Source of the DNA: Candidatus Limnocylindria bacterium
GTDB taxonomy: Bacteria; Chloroflexota; Limnocylindria; QHBO01
DNA: 64,000 nt
NCBI GenBank assembly: GCA_050692055.1
Contig: JBOGTC010000072.1
Span: 12,978 to 76,977 of the forward strand
Direction: 5' to 3'
Position numbers and translations under genes: made by a program
The notes under the pieces: model-generated
Databases searched by the model: none
What the model saw: only the letters and a program-made list of their open reading frames with translations
Told to the model about the DNA's origin: nothing
Shown here: positions 8,948 to 18,397 of the stretch, piece after piece
Numbering within the stretch: the first letter of the stretch is position 1
Layout: the number at the start of each line of letters is the position of its first letter

Positions 8948-9916
8948 ATGCGGCTGATGCCAGATCGTGCAGTGATCACGGTGACGGGACCGATGCCGGC
9001 CGCCGCGCTCGGCGCCGTCAACTCCCATGATCACCTCTTCCTGAGCACGCCCGCCCTTCCGGGACAGGAGTTCGACGACCTCGAGCGATCCAGCGCCGAG
9101 GTGCGCGAGGCGAGGAGCGGAGGGCTGGGAGCGATCGTCGAGATGACGCCCATCGGCTGCGGCCGGCGACCCGACCTCATGCGGGCGCTGTCCGAGGCCA
9201 CCGGCGTCCCGGTCATCGCCGCCACCGGATACCACCGCGACGCCCACTACCCGAGCGGGCACTGGGTGTGCGACGCGTCGGTCGAGACGCTGGCCGAACG
9301 CATCCTGGCCGACCTGACCGAAGGCATGCATCCGGCGGACTGGACCGATCCATCGGTCGCGCTCGATGCGGCTCGGGCCGGCGCGATCAAGGCCGGCGCC
9401 TCCTACCAGCGGGTCACGCCGTCTGAGCGGCGGCGGCTGCAGGCGGCCGCGACCGGCAGCCGGCGAACCGGTGTCGCGATCCTGGCGCACACCGAGGTGG
9501 GCACCTGCGGGCACGAGATCGTGGACCTGCTCGAGGCCGATGGCGTGGGCGCGGACCGGATCATCCTGGCCCACCTCGACCGCAACCCCGACCTCGAGCT
9601 GCACGCCGAGATCGCGGCGCGGGGCGTGACCCTCGAGTACGACACCATCGGCCGCATCAAGTACCGGCCCGACAGCGATCTGCTGGACCTGATCGAGTCG
9701 ATGGTGGCCGCGGGCCATGCCGAGCACATCCTGCTCGGCTGCGACCTCGGCCGCCGCGACTACCTTCGCGCCTACGGAGGCGGTCCCGGAATGCGGTACC
9801 TGATGGAGACGTTCGTGCCGCGCCTGCGTCGGCGCATCGGTGACGGGCCCACCGAGTCGATGCTGGTCGCGAACCCGGCGCGAGCATTCGCCGTGCGCCC
9901 ACCGGAGGCGGCGTGA
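8948..9916 (+). CDS. phosphotriesterase-homology (PTE/Php, amidohydrolase) protein
   Basis: 'GAVNSHDHLFL' is the HxH metal motif. The 322-aa TIM-barrel PTE family length fits. Confidence 0.8.
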   Translation: MRLMPDRAVITVTGPMPAAALGAVNSHDHLFLSTPALPGQEFDDLERSSAEVREARSGGLGAIVEMTPIGCGRRPDLMRALSEATGVPVIAATGYHRDAHYPSGHWVCDASVETLAERILADLTEGMHPADWTDPSVALDAARAGAIKAGASYQRVTPSERRRLQAAATGSRRTGVAILAHTEVGTCGHEIVDLLEADGVGADRIILAHLDRNPDLELHAEIAARGVTLEYDTIGRIKYRPDSDLLDLIESMVAAGHAEHILLGCDLGRRDYLRAYGGGPGMRYLMETFVPRLRRRIGDGPTESMLVANPARAFAVRPPEAA

Positions 9917-11211
9917 CGGACCGATACGACGTCATCGTGGTGGGCTCGGGCTCCGCAGGGTCGGCCGCGGCGATCAGCGCCGCCCGCATCGGTGCCCGAA
10001 CGCTGCTGGTGGATCGGCTCGCCTTCATGGGCGGGACCTCGACCGCAGTGCTCGACACCTTCTACGCCTTCTACACCCCGGGGGCGGCTCCGCGGCGCGT
10101 GGTCGGCGGCCTGGGCTGGGAGGTCGTGCAGCGGCTGACGGACGAGGGCGTGGCCTTCGAGCGCCCGAACACGTACGGTGCCGGGACCGGCGTGACCTAC
10201 GACCAGGAGGCGCTCAAGGTGCTCTGGGAGCGCCTGGCCGAGGATGCCGGGGTGGAGCTCCTGCTCCACACCTGGGCCACCGGCGTGGGCGCCACGGATG
10301 GACGGACCGACGCGATCCGCATCTGGAACAAGGGCGGCGAGCGGACGATCCGCGCGCAGGTGATCGTCGACGCGTCCGGCGACGCCGATGTGTGCGCCCT
10401 GGCCGGCGTCCCGTACGAGAACGCGCGCGACACCGGCAGGGTGCAGTCGCTGTCGACGCTCTTCAAGCTCGCCAACGTCGATCTCGAGCGCGCCTCCGCC
10501 GTGCCGAAGGCCGAGCTCTGGCAACGGATGCGCGAAGCAGCCGCATCCGGTGCCTACAACCTGCCGCGGGTGGAGGGCTCCTGGCACCGGACGCCGTACG
10601 CGGGCGTGGTCCTCGTCCACATGACGCGCATCCCGAACGTCGACGCCACGGACCCCGAGGAGCTGACCCGGGCGGAGATCACCGGGCGGCGCCAGGTGCG
10701 CGAGTACGCCCGCTTCCTGCGCGACTGCGTGCCCGGCTTCGAGCAGGCCGTCATCGTCGCCACCAGCCCGGCGATCGGGGTGCGCGAGAGCCGACGCGTG
10801 CACGGCGACTACCGCCTGACCCGCGACGACGTCCTCGGCGGACGGCGCTTCGACGACGAGATTGCGCTGTGCGGCGCGCCCATCGAGGACCACCATGCCG
10901 GCGGCAACACCGAGTGGCAGTACGTGGGCGAGTCCGGCGTGTACGGCGTCCCATACCGCACCCTGCTGCCCAGCGGCGTCGAGTCGCTGCTCGTGGCAGG
11001 GCGCTGCTTCTCTTCGACGCACGACGCGCACGCCTCCGCCCGGTCGATGGCGACCTGCATGGCCATGGGCCAGGCGGCCGGCACGGCCGCCGCGCTCGCC
11101 GTGCAGGGCGGCAAGACGCCTCGGCAGGTCGATGCCGAGACCCTGCGGGCCCAGCTGCGGCGCGGTGGTGCGCTGCTGGAGCCCGTCGACACGGAGGCCG
11201 TTCGGCCGTGA
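9913..11211 (+). CDS. FAD-dependent oxidoreductase (FAD_oxidored type)
   Basis: 'YDVIVVGSGSAGSAAA' is a GxGxxG dinucleotide fold. A GTGA overlap with the PTE gene implies coupling. Confidence 0.8.
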   Translation: MTDRYDVIVVGSGSAGSAAAISAARIGARTLLVDRLAFMGGTSTAVLDTFYAFYTPGAAPRRVVGGLGWEVVQRLTDEGVAFERPNTYGAGTGVTYDQEALKVLWERLAEDAGVELLLHTWATGVGATDGRTDAIRIWNKGGERTIRAQVIVDASGDADVCALAGVPYENARDTGRVQSLSTLFKLANVDLERASAVPKAELWQRMREAAASGAYNLPRVEGSWHRTPYAGVVLVHMTRIPNVDATDPEELTRAEITGRRQVREYARFLRDCVPGFEQAVIVATSPAIGVRESRRVHGDYRLTRDDVLGGRRFDDEIALCGAPIEDHHAGGNTEWQYVGESGVYGVPYRTLLPSGVESLLVAGRCFSSTHDAHASARSMATCMAMGQAAGTAAALAVQGGKTPRQVDAETLRAQLRRGGALLEPVDTEAVRP

Positions 11212-11218
11212 GCGAGCC

Positions 11219-11944
11219 TCAGTCCGGCTCTTCAACGTCGAACCACACCTCGAGCGCGTAGCGGTCGGCGGGGTAGCGCGATTCGGTCGCCTCCAGGGCC
11301 CGGCCGTGAGCCTCGAGGATCACGCGGCGCTCGACGAGCAGCGGGGCGCCGCGCGGCGTCTCGAGCAGGCGGGCGTCATCGTGCGTCGCCGCCTCGGCCG
11401 TGATCGTCGCCGTGCCCCGGCGCAGCAGGTGGCCAGCGGTGGCGAGGGCCGCGTGCAGCGATCCGCGCTGCAGGTCGGCGCCCATGACGGTGGCCGAGAC
11501 GCGGCCGTCGAGCACGGCGGTCTCGAGGGCGATCGCCTCGCCATCGGCGCAGCGCAGGCGCTGCAGGAACACGATGGGCGCACCTTCGCGAAGACGCAGC
11601 CTGGCGGCCTCGTCGCGCCTGGCTGGGCGGATCTCGCGGCCGATGACCCGCGAGCTCGGCACCCGACCGCGCCGCTCCATCTCGCGCGAGAAGGACATCA
11701 GGTGGTTCGCACGTCGATGGGCCGGCGGCTCGGCCACGAAGCTTCCGCGGCCCGGCTCGCGACGAACGAGCCCTTCCTCGGCGAGCCGCTGCATCGCGTT
11801 GCGCGCGGTCATGCGGCTGACGCCAAACTCCGCGCACAGCTCGCTGTCGGAGGGAAGCGGAGCGCCGGGCTGCAGCAGGGCGATCCGCGCGCGGAGCGCC
11901 TGCTCGATGGTCCGGTAGCGCGGCACGTGAAGCTCAACGCTCAC
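11219..11944 (-). CDS. GntR/HutC-family transcriptional regulator (UTRA effector domain)
   Basis: 'LPSDSELCAEFGVSRMTARNAMQRLAEEGLV' is the HTH. The GTG at 11944 forms a GTGA overlap with the ROK kinase stop. Confidence 0.85.
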   Translation of the reverse strand: MSVELHVPRYRTIEQALRARIALLQPGAPLPSDSELCAEFGVSRMTARNAMQRLAEEGLVRREPGRGSFVAEPPAHRRANHLMSFSREMERRGRVPSSRVIGREIRPARRDEAARLRLREGAPIVFLQRLRCADGEAIALETAVLDGRVSATVMGADLQRGSLHAALATAGHLLRRGTATITAEAATHDDARLLETPRGAPLLVERRVILEAHGRALEATESRYPADRYALEVWFDVEEPD

Positions 11945-12873
11945 GTCGCACTTCCGCCGGGACCGGCTCGCTCGGCACCGTGGACCGCGGCGCCGATCGC
12001 CCCCGCCCACGTCCCGAGCTCCGCCGTCACGATCTCGACCTGCTCGAGGTCCGTGGTACGCACGCGGTCGCGCACCTCGTGGGCGATCGGCCCCAGCAGC
12101 AGATCCCCGGCAGCGGCCACTCCGCCGCCGATCACGACCCGATCGGGGGTCAGCACCACGATCAGGTTCGCGATGCCGATGCCGAGGTAGCGACCGATCT
12201 CGGCCAGCCCGGCCAGCGCCCGCTCGTCCCCGGCGCGGGCCGCGGTGACGGCCTCCTCGGCGGTCGCCGTTCCACAGGCCGCGGCAATCCGGCTCGCCCT
12301 AGCGAACGCCTCCAGGCAGCCCCGGCTGCCGCAGCCGCAGGCCGGACCTTCAGGGTCGATCGTCTGGTGGCCCACCTCGCCGGCCGTCCCATCGTGGCCC
12401 TGGTGGACGCGACCATCGACCGCCACGAATCCGCCGACTCCGGTGCCGAGGACGAGGCCGACCATCGACGCCACGCCACGGCCCGCTCCGAGCCGCAGCT
12501 CGGCAAGGCCGAAGGCCCGGGCGTCGTTGATCAGGAAGGCCGGCACGTTCAGCCGCGCCGCGAGCGGCTGGGCGACGGACCTCCCCACCCACTCTCCCGG
12601 GACGTTGGGCAGGAAGCGTGTCGCACCGGTCTCGGCGTCGTAGAGGCCGGGGACGCCGAGGCCGATGGAGATCACGCCTGGCCAGGCCGAGATCACGGTG
12701 CGGCCGACCTCGCCGAGACGTCCGACCACGGCCTCCGGGCCCTCCGCGGCGTGTGTCGGGGTCTGGCCGCTGTCGAGCGTTCGCCAATCATCGCCCGCGT
12801 GCTCGACCACGGCCCACTTGATGTTCGTGGCGCCAAGGTCGAGCCCCAGGTGGCGAGAGGCATCCTCGCTCAT
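11941..12873 (-). CDS. ROK-family sugar kinase
   Basis: 'LGLDLGATNIKWAVV' is the ATP-binding N-terminus and 'CGCGSRGCLEAF' the ROK zinc motif. There is no HTH domain. Confidence 0.85.
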   Translation of the reverse strand: MSEDASRHLGLDLGATNIKWAVVEHAGDDWRTLDSGQTPTHAAEGPEAVVGRLGEVGRTVISAWPGVISIGLGVPGLYDAETGATRFLPNVPGEWVGRSVAQPLAARLNVPAFLINDARAFGLAELRLGAGRGVASMVGLVLGTGVGGFVAVDGRVHQGHDGTAGEVGHQTIDPEGPACGCGSRGCLEAFARASRIAAACGTATAEEAVTAARAGDERALAGLAEIGRYLGIGIANLIVVLTPDRVVIGGGVAAAGDLLLGPIAHEVRDRVRTTDLEQVEIVTAELGTWAGAIGAAVHGAERAGPGGSAT

Positions 12874-12880
12874 CTCGCGG

Positions 12881-13867
12881 TCACGCCTCCTCGGTGATCC
12901 GGGTGTAGGCCGCCGCGACCGCCAGGATGATGGCGCCGAACAGGACCTGGCGCACCGCCTGCGGTGCCTGCATCACGTTCAGCAGGGTGACGAGGACGGT
13001 CAGGATCACCGCGCCGACGATGCTGCCGGCGTACCCGCCGCGGCCACCGAAGATCGAGGTGCCGCCGATGACGGCCGCCGCCACCGACGGCAGGAGGTAC
13101 GGGTCGACCAGGCGCCCGGTGGCGCTGCCGATGACGCCGGCATAGATGAGCCCGGCCAGCCCGGCCAGCACGCCGGAGATCAGGTAGAGCACGACGAGCA
13201 CGCCGCCCACCCGGACCCCGGCCAGCCGTGCGGCCAGCTCGTTGTCACCGACCGCGTACAGCAGGCGACCATAACCGGAGCGGTGCAGCGCGACGAGGAT
13301 CACGGCGGCCAGCGGGATGAAGACGAGGAGGTTGTTGGGCAGGAGGCCCAGCAGCGTCTGCCCCCCGAGGAACGAGATCTCGGGCGGCACGCGCGTGCCG
13401 CCCGCGATGTTCGCGCGGGCGTAGACGTTGACGAGGCCGGCGACGATCAGGCTCGTGCTGATGGTCATGATCAGCGGGTGGACCCGGAATATCCCCACGC
13501 CGATGCCGTTGACCAGGCCGACTGCCGCCGCGGGAATGAGGGCCACGATCACCGCGCCGAACCAGCCGTATTCGCTGACGTTCGTCGCCATCACGTACGA
13601 GGCCATCGACGCGACGACCGCGACCGACAGGTCGATGCCCCCGGTCAGCATCGTCATCGTCTGGCACGCCGCCAGGATCGCCAGCGGGACCGCGAAGCGG
13701 ACCGTGCTCGAGGCCCAGCTGGCGCTCACGATGCCGGGCTGGACGATCTCGAGCAGGAGCACCAGGCCGGCGAGCAGCAGGAGGAGCGGGAGGATCGGTC
13801 GATCGCGCAGCCAGCCGCGCGCGGTGCCCAGCGACCGACGGCCCGCCGTGGCGGCCTGGAGGCTCAT
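12881..13867 (-). CDS. sugar ABC transporter permease (ribose/xylose type)
   Basis: 'LTGGIDLSVAVV' motif and a polytopic profile. The true ATG at 13867 forms an ATGA overlap with the upstream permease. The 707-aa track ORF is a read-through artefact. Confidence 0.85.
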   Translation of the reverse strand: MSLQAATAGRRSLGTARGWLRDRPILPLLLLLAGLVLLLEIVQPGIVSASWASSTVRFAVPLAILAACQTMTMLTGGIDLSVAVVASMASYVMATNVSEYGWFGAVIVALIPAAAVGLVNGIGVGIFRVHPLIMTISTSLIVAGLVNVYARANIAGGTRVPPEISFLGGQTLLGLLPNNLLVFIPLAAVILVALHRSGYGRLLYAVGDNELAARLAGVRVGGVLVVLYLISGVLAGLAGLIYAGVIGSATGRLVDPYLLPSVAAAVIGGTSIFGGRGGYAGSIVGAVILTVLVTLLNVMQAPQAVRQVLFGAIILAVAAAYTRITEEA

Positions 13868-14865
13868 GCCGTTCTCCTGCGCAGGGTGAGGTACGCGCCC
13901 ACCATCACCACTGCCACCATGATCACGCCCTGGATGACCTGCGAGTAGGCCGGCTCGACCCCCAGGAACGTGAGATCGGCCCGGATGAGGCCGAGGATGT
14001 AGATGCCCACGATCGGTCCCAGCAGGCCGCCGCGACCGCCCGCCAGGCTCACGCCGCCGAGGACGATGGCCGCCACGCTCAGCAGGAGGTAGGGGCCGGG
14101 AATGGGCGTGCCGATGCCCGTGCTGGCGGTGAGGGCCAGGCCGCCGAGCGCGGCGAAGAATCCGGTGAGGGCATAGGCCGCGATCTTCGTGCGAGCAACG
14201 CCCACGCCGCTGCGGAAGGCGGCAAGCTGGTTGCTGCCGATGGCGTAGATCGACAGCCCCAGGCGCGAGCGGCGCAGCGGGATCCAGATGATCCCGACGA
14301 TGAGGAGCAGCGCGACGAGGGCTCGCGGGACGATCTCGGGGCCGATGTGCCCGGTGATGAGCTCGCGCAGCCACGGCGCCGATCCACCGCCGGGCGTCCC
14401 GAGCACCAGCAGCGCGACGCCGGCCCACACGAACAGCATGGCCAGCGTCACGACGATGTCGGGCACGCGGCTCACGACGACGAGCGTGCCGTTGATGGTG
14501 CCGATGACGACGCCGAGCAGCAGGACGAGCAGGACGATCAGCACCGACGCCTCGGGGCTGGCGTTCAGCAGCAGGACCGCGGCGGTGACGTTCGTGAGGG
14601 CCATCACCGAGCCGATCGACAGGTCGATGCCGCCGGAGATGACCGCGATCGCCTGCCCGGCGGCGGCGAAGGCGACCGGCAGCGACGCGATGGCGAGGGC
14701 GCTCAGCTCGTAGGTCGGCCGCACGAGCTTCGTGGCGACCAGGAGCACCAGGAAGATGGCGATCAACCCGACGGTCCATGCGTCGCCACGCACGGCACGG
14801 GCGATCAAGCCCCGCGCTGCCGCACGGTCGACGCGCCGTCCGCGGGCGGGCGCGGCTTCGGTCAC
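13864..14865 (-). CDS. sugar ABC transporter permease (ribose/xylose type)
   Basis: 'ISGGIDLSIGSV' motif, 333 aa, polytopic. Confidence 0.85.
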   Translation of the reverse strand: MTEAAPARGRRVDRAAARGLIARAVRGDAWTVGLIAIFLVLLVATKLVRPTYELSALAIASLPVAFAAAGQAIAVISGGIDLSIGSVMALTNVTAAVLLLNASPEASVLIVLLVLLLGVVIGTINGTLVVVSRVPDIVVTLAMLFVWAGVALLVLGTPGGGSAPWLRELITGHIGPEIVPRALVALLLIVGIIWIPLRRSRLGLSIYAIGSNQLAAFRSGVGVARTKIAAYALTGFFAALGGLALTASTGIGTPIPGPYLLLSVAAIVLGGVSLAGGRGGLLGPIVGIYILGLIRADLTFLGVEPAYSQVIQGVIMVAVVMVGAYLTLRRRTA

Positions 14866-16403
14866 GCCACGCCACCGGGGCGGGCCGCCGTGGCGGACGC
14901 TTCCCGACCCGCAGCGCCGACCGCTGGAAGGCCGTGCGCGGCGCGGAGAAGCGTCGGCTCGTCGGCGACGGATGCCGGCAGCTCGTCCACCACGCGCCCG
15001 CCATAGATCACCAGCGTGCGATCACAGGCCCGCTGGATCTCGCCGAGCTCCGAGGTGAGGAGCAGGACCGCTGCGCCGGCCGCGGCGAGCTCCCGCACCA
15101 GCTGGTAGATCTCCTGCTTCGTGCGGATGTCGATGCCGCGGGTCGGGTCGTAGAAGAGGAAGGTGCGCACGCCGCCGGCGAGCCAGCGCGCGATCGTCAC
15201 CTTCTGCTGGTTGCCACCGGAAAGGCGCCGGACCTCCGACTGCGCCCGCGTCTCGATCTGGAGGCGCCTGATCGCGCCGCCGACCCGCCGGTTCTCCGCA
15301 GCCCCGTTGATGAGCCCCCAGTCTCGAAGGCCGGCGACCCGCGGCAGACCGATGTTCTCGCGCACCGAGCGCTGCATGAGGAGGGCGGCCGATCGATCGG
15401 CCGGCACCAGCACCACGCCGGCGCGAATCGCATCGGCCGGGTGCCGAAAGTGCACTGTCGATCCATCCACAACGATCTCGCCCGAGCTCGGGCGGACCTG
15501 GCCGGAGAGCACGTCGAAGAGCTCATCCTGGCCCTGGCCTTCGAGGGCGACCAGCCCGAGCACCTCGCCGGCATGGAGATCGAACGAGACGTCGCTCAAG
15601 TTGTTGGCCGCCGTGAGGTTCCGTGCCGAGAGGCGTGGCGTCGCGTCCCTCGCGATCGGGGGTCCGCTCGGAGCCGCCGTCGGCGTGAGGGCCAGGTCGC
15701 CGTCCTCGGCCGCCGGGCCGAGCATCAGCCCCACGATCTCGTCCTCGGCGCCGGGCGCTACCTCGACGACGCCGACCGTCCTTCCATCGCGCAGGACCGT
15801 CGCGCGGTCGCATAGCCCGGCGACCTCGAGCATTCGATGAGAGATGAAGATCACGGACCGATCGGTCCCGCGCTGGCGCGACACGACCTCGAGCACGCGC
15901 GCGGTGAGGTCCGCCGGGAGCGCGGCGGTGATCTCGTCGAGGAGGAGGACGTCAGGCTCGATGGCGAGCGCGCGCGCGAGATCGATGACGCGCAGTGTCG
16001 CCAGGGGGAGATGGCGGGCCAGTGCCTTCAGATCGAGCCTCGAGATCCCGAGATCGGCCATCTGCGAAACGAACGGATCGAGTGGGGTCTCGGTCAGGGT
16101 GAGGTTCTCGAGAACGGTGAGGTCCGGCACGATGGCCGGCTCCTGGTAGACGGAGACCATGCCCGTACGGCGCGCCTCCGCGGGCGAATGAACGATCCGG
16201 GGCTGGCCCCGCAGCAGGATCGTTCCTGCGTCCGGCCTGACGGCCCCGGTGAGCACCTTGACGAGCGTGCTCTTGCCAGCCCCGTTCGCGCCCATGAGGG
16301 CGTGGATCTCGCCGGGGCGAATCGCCAAGGACGCGTCGCGCAGCGCCGCCACGGCGCCGTAGTGCTTCACGACGCCGCTCACGTCGAGCAGGAGCTCGGT
16401 CAT
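14862..16403 (-). CDS. sugar ABC transporter ATP-binding protein (duplicated cassette, RbsA/MglA-like)
   Basis: Walker A 'GANGAGKST', signature 'LSGGNQQK', and two fused ABC halves (513 aa). Confidence 0.9.
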   Translation of the reverse strand: MTELLLDVSGVVKHYGAVAALRDASLAIRPGEIHALMGANGAGKSTLVKVLTGAVRPDAGTILLRGQPRIVHSPAEARRTGMVSVYQEPAIVPDLTVLENLTLTETPLDPFVSQMADLGISRLDLKALARHLPLATLRVIDLARALAIEPDVLLLDEITAALPADLTARVLEVVSRQRGTDRSVIFISHRMLEVAGLCDRATVLRDGRTVGVVEVAPGAEDEIVGLMLGPAAEDGDLALTPTAAPSGPPIARDATPRLSARNLTAANNLSDVSFDLHAGEVLGLVALEGQGQDELFDVLSGQVRPSSGEIVVDGSTVHFRHPADAIRAGVVLVPADRSAALLMQRSVRENIGLPRVAGLRDWGLINGAAENRRVGGAIRRLQIETRAQSEVRRLSGGNQQKVTIARWLAGGVRTFLFYDPTRGIDIRTKQEIYQLVRELAAAGAAVLLLTSELGEIQRACDRTLVIYGGRVVDELPASVADEPTLLRAAHGLPAVGAAGREASATAARPGGVA

Positions 16404-16429
16404 GGGCCAGGCTACCTGATGGCTGTGGT

Positions 16430-16455
16430 GGGGTGCCGGCTAGCGCCGGCACCCC
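16430..16455 (-). terminator. perfect 11-bp GC hairpin between the SBP and ATPase genes (intra-operon attenuator/stabiliser)
   Basis: GGGGTGCCGGC / TAGC / GCCGGCACCCC. It lies 22 nt downstream of the SBP stop and 27 nt upstream of the ATPase start. Confidence 0.5.
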
Positions 16456-16476
16456 TTGCTCGCGATGGACCGTACG

Positions 16477-17526
16477 TTACGGGCCCTCGCAGGCGAGGAT
16501 CTGCTCCTTCGTGTACGTGGTCCAGTCGGGAATGCTGATGCCGAGCGGCCAGGTCGCATCGATATCCGGATCGTTGGCCTCGCCGAGCTGCGCCATCCCA
16601 TCGTCGTTGTTGTTGGCCCACAGCTGCGGCTCCATCAGCACCGCGGTCTCCTCGGGAGCCTCGCCGCCCAGGATCTGAATGGCCAGCGTGACGCCGGCAC
16701 CGCCGACCGAGGCGGGATTGGTGACGGCCGCGCCGACCAGCCCGTCGACCTCCAGCAGCTGCTGGACGAAGCCGGCGTTGTCGGCGCCGACGATGGGCAC
16801 CAGGTCCGCGTCGGCGGCGACCAGGGCGTCGACGATGACGTTGTCGATGCCGGAGGTCCAGATCCCGTCAAACGCAGTCCCGGTGGCCAGGAAGTCGTTG
16901 ATCTGCTGGGTGCCGGTGGCCTGGTCCCAGCCGGTGTGGACCTCGTGCACCACGTTGATCCCGGGGTTCTCGTCCAGGGCACGCTGGAACCCGACGTCGC
17001 GGTCATCATCCGCCGGATGACCGGCGAAGCCGCGCATGTAGACCACGTCGCCCTCGCCGCCGAGCGTCTCGAACAGCCACGAGGCGCCGAGGTAGGCGTA
17101 CTCCTCCTGGTCGTTGCTGATCAGGTAGGCGGACGGCTCGGTCACGGCCTGGTCGACCGAGATGACCGGGATGCCCGCTGCATCGGCCTCGGCCAGGGCG
17201 GCGTTCACCGCATCCGGGCTGACCGGGTTGACGATGATGGCGTCCACTTCGGCGGCGATCAGGTTCCGCAAGTCCTCGAGCTGGCCGGCGGCGTCGGTGT
17301 CGCGATGGTTCACCGTCAGCTCCGCGACCTCACCTGACACGAGCGACTGAGCACGGATCGAGCAGATCATCTCCTCGCGCCAGCCGTTGTTGGTCAGCGT
17401 GTTGGAGACACCGATGTGGTAGTCGCCGTCGCCGTCGCCGTCCCCTTGCTGCGCGGTGCAGCCGGCGATGACGAACACCGCGGCAAGACCCGCGGCCAGC
17501 GTCCGGCTCCGCTTGAATACGTTCAT
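16477..17526 (-). CDS. sugar ABC transporter substrate-binding lipoprotein (RbsB-like, PBP type I)
   Basis: The ATG at 17526 is preceded by GGAGAAGGAG. The signal peptide has the lipobox 'VIAGC'. The track N-terminal extension was rejected. Confidence 0.85.
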   Translation of the reverse strand: MNVFKRSRTLAAGLAAVFVIAGCTAQQGDGDGDGDYHIGVSNTLTNNGWREEMICSIRAQSLVSGEVAELTVNHRDTDAAGQLEDLRNLIAAEVDAIIVNPVSPDAVNAALAEADAAGIPVISVDQAVTEPSAYLISNDQEEYAYLGASWLFETLGGEGDVVYMRGFAGHPADDDRDVGFQRALDENPGINVVHEVHTGWDQATGTQQINDFLATGTAFDGIWTSGIDNVIVDALVAADADLVPIVGADNAGFVQQLLEVDGLVGAAVTNPASVGGAGVTLAIQILGGEAPEETAVLMEPQLWANNNDDGMAQLGEANDPDIDATWPLGISIPDWTTYTKEQILACEGP

Positions 17527-17620
17527 TCCGTTGAGCTCCTTCTCTCCGATGCGCCGGCTCCACTCGGGGACGCCGGTCCACTCCGCTTGAATGAGACGCT
17601 CCGTCTCGGTCGTAGCTTCG

Positions 17621-18397
17621 TCATTCACCTCCTGCTGGCTGGTCGATCGCGCGGGCGATGCGCCGGGCATGCTCTCGATAGGCCTGGTCGAACAGCGTCC
17701 GGGATCGCGTCTCGCCCACGACTGACGCGCGGCTGATGACCGGGAGCATCGCGTCCCGATCCACGAGAAGCTCGGCGACCCGAACCTTCAGGGAGTTCAC
17801 GATGGCGACCGCCGCCAGGGTCGAGCCCGGCCCCACCGGCGTGTCGAGCCCCTCGACGGCGCACAGCGCATCCGCGTGCGGCGTGCACAGGTCGATCACG
17901 AGGTCTGCATCGTCGAGCAGGCGGCCTCCCACCAGCGCGGACGGCTCGTCTGCCATCGACTGCGCGACCGAGGTCACTGCGATCACACGCAGCCCTCGCC
18001 GGCGCGCGCCTCGCGCCAGCTCGACGGGCACGGCCGACAGGCCGCTGGCCGAGAAGACGATCATCACGTCGCGCGGCCCGAAGCTGAAGTTCGAGAGGAT
18101 CACCTCGGCCAGCCCCGGCGTGCGCTCGATGAACATCGCCTGGCGCTGGCCGTTCGCTCCGACCACCTGGGTGTGAAACGTCATCGACAGCTCGACGATC
18201 GGGTTGAACCCCGGGTACGAGCCGTAGCGCGGGAACATCTCCTCTACCGGGATGCGAGAGTGGCCCGTGCCGAACAGGTGGACGAGCCCTCCGGCGCTGA
18301 TGGCGTCGGCGCACCATTCGCTGGCCCGCTCCACCGCCTCGGCCTGCGTCGTGGCGAGGCGCTCGAGCAGCGTCGCGGCCTCCTCGAGCCAGGACAT
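17621..18397 (-). CDS. SIS-domain protein (UPF0309-like phosphosugar-binding/isomerase)
   Basis: 'GGLVHLFGTGHSRIPVEE...MIVFSASGLSAVPVE' is the SIS fold. Its ATG overlaps the deoC stop (TGATG). Confidence 0.75.
   Translation of the reverse strand: MSWLEEAATLLERLATTQAEAVERASEWCADAISAGGLVHLFGTGHSRIPVEEMFPRYGSYPGFNPIVELSMTFHTQVVGANGQRQAMFIERTPGLAEVILSNFSFGPRDVMIVFSASGLSAVPVELARGARRRGLRVIAVTSVAQSMADEPSALVGGRLLDDADLVIDLCTPHADALCAVEGLDTPVGPGSTLAAVAIVNSLKVRVAELLVDRDAMLPVISRASVVGETRSRTLFDQAYREHARRIARAIDQPAGGE

Noticed and set aside
12881-15004. 707-aa ORF in the six-frame track
   Set aside because: Only the C-terminal 328 aa (from ATG 13867) look like a permease. The N-terminal part is an Arg/Pro/Ala-rich read-through overlapping the real upstream permease gene, which lies in another frame.
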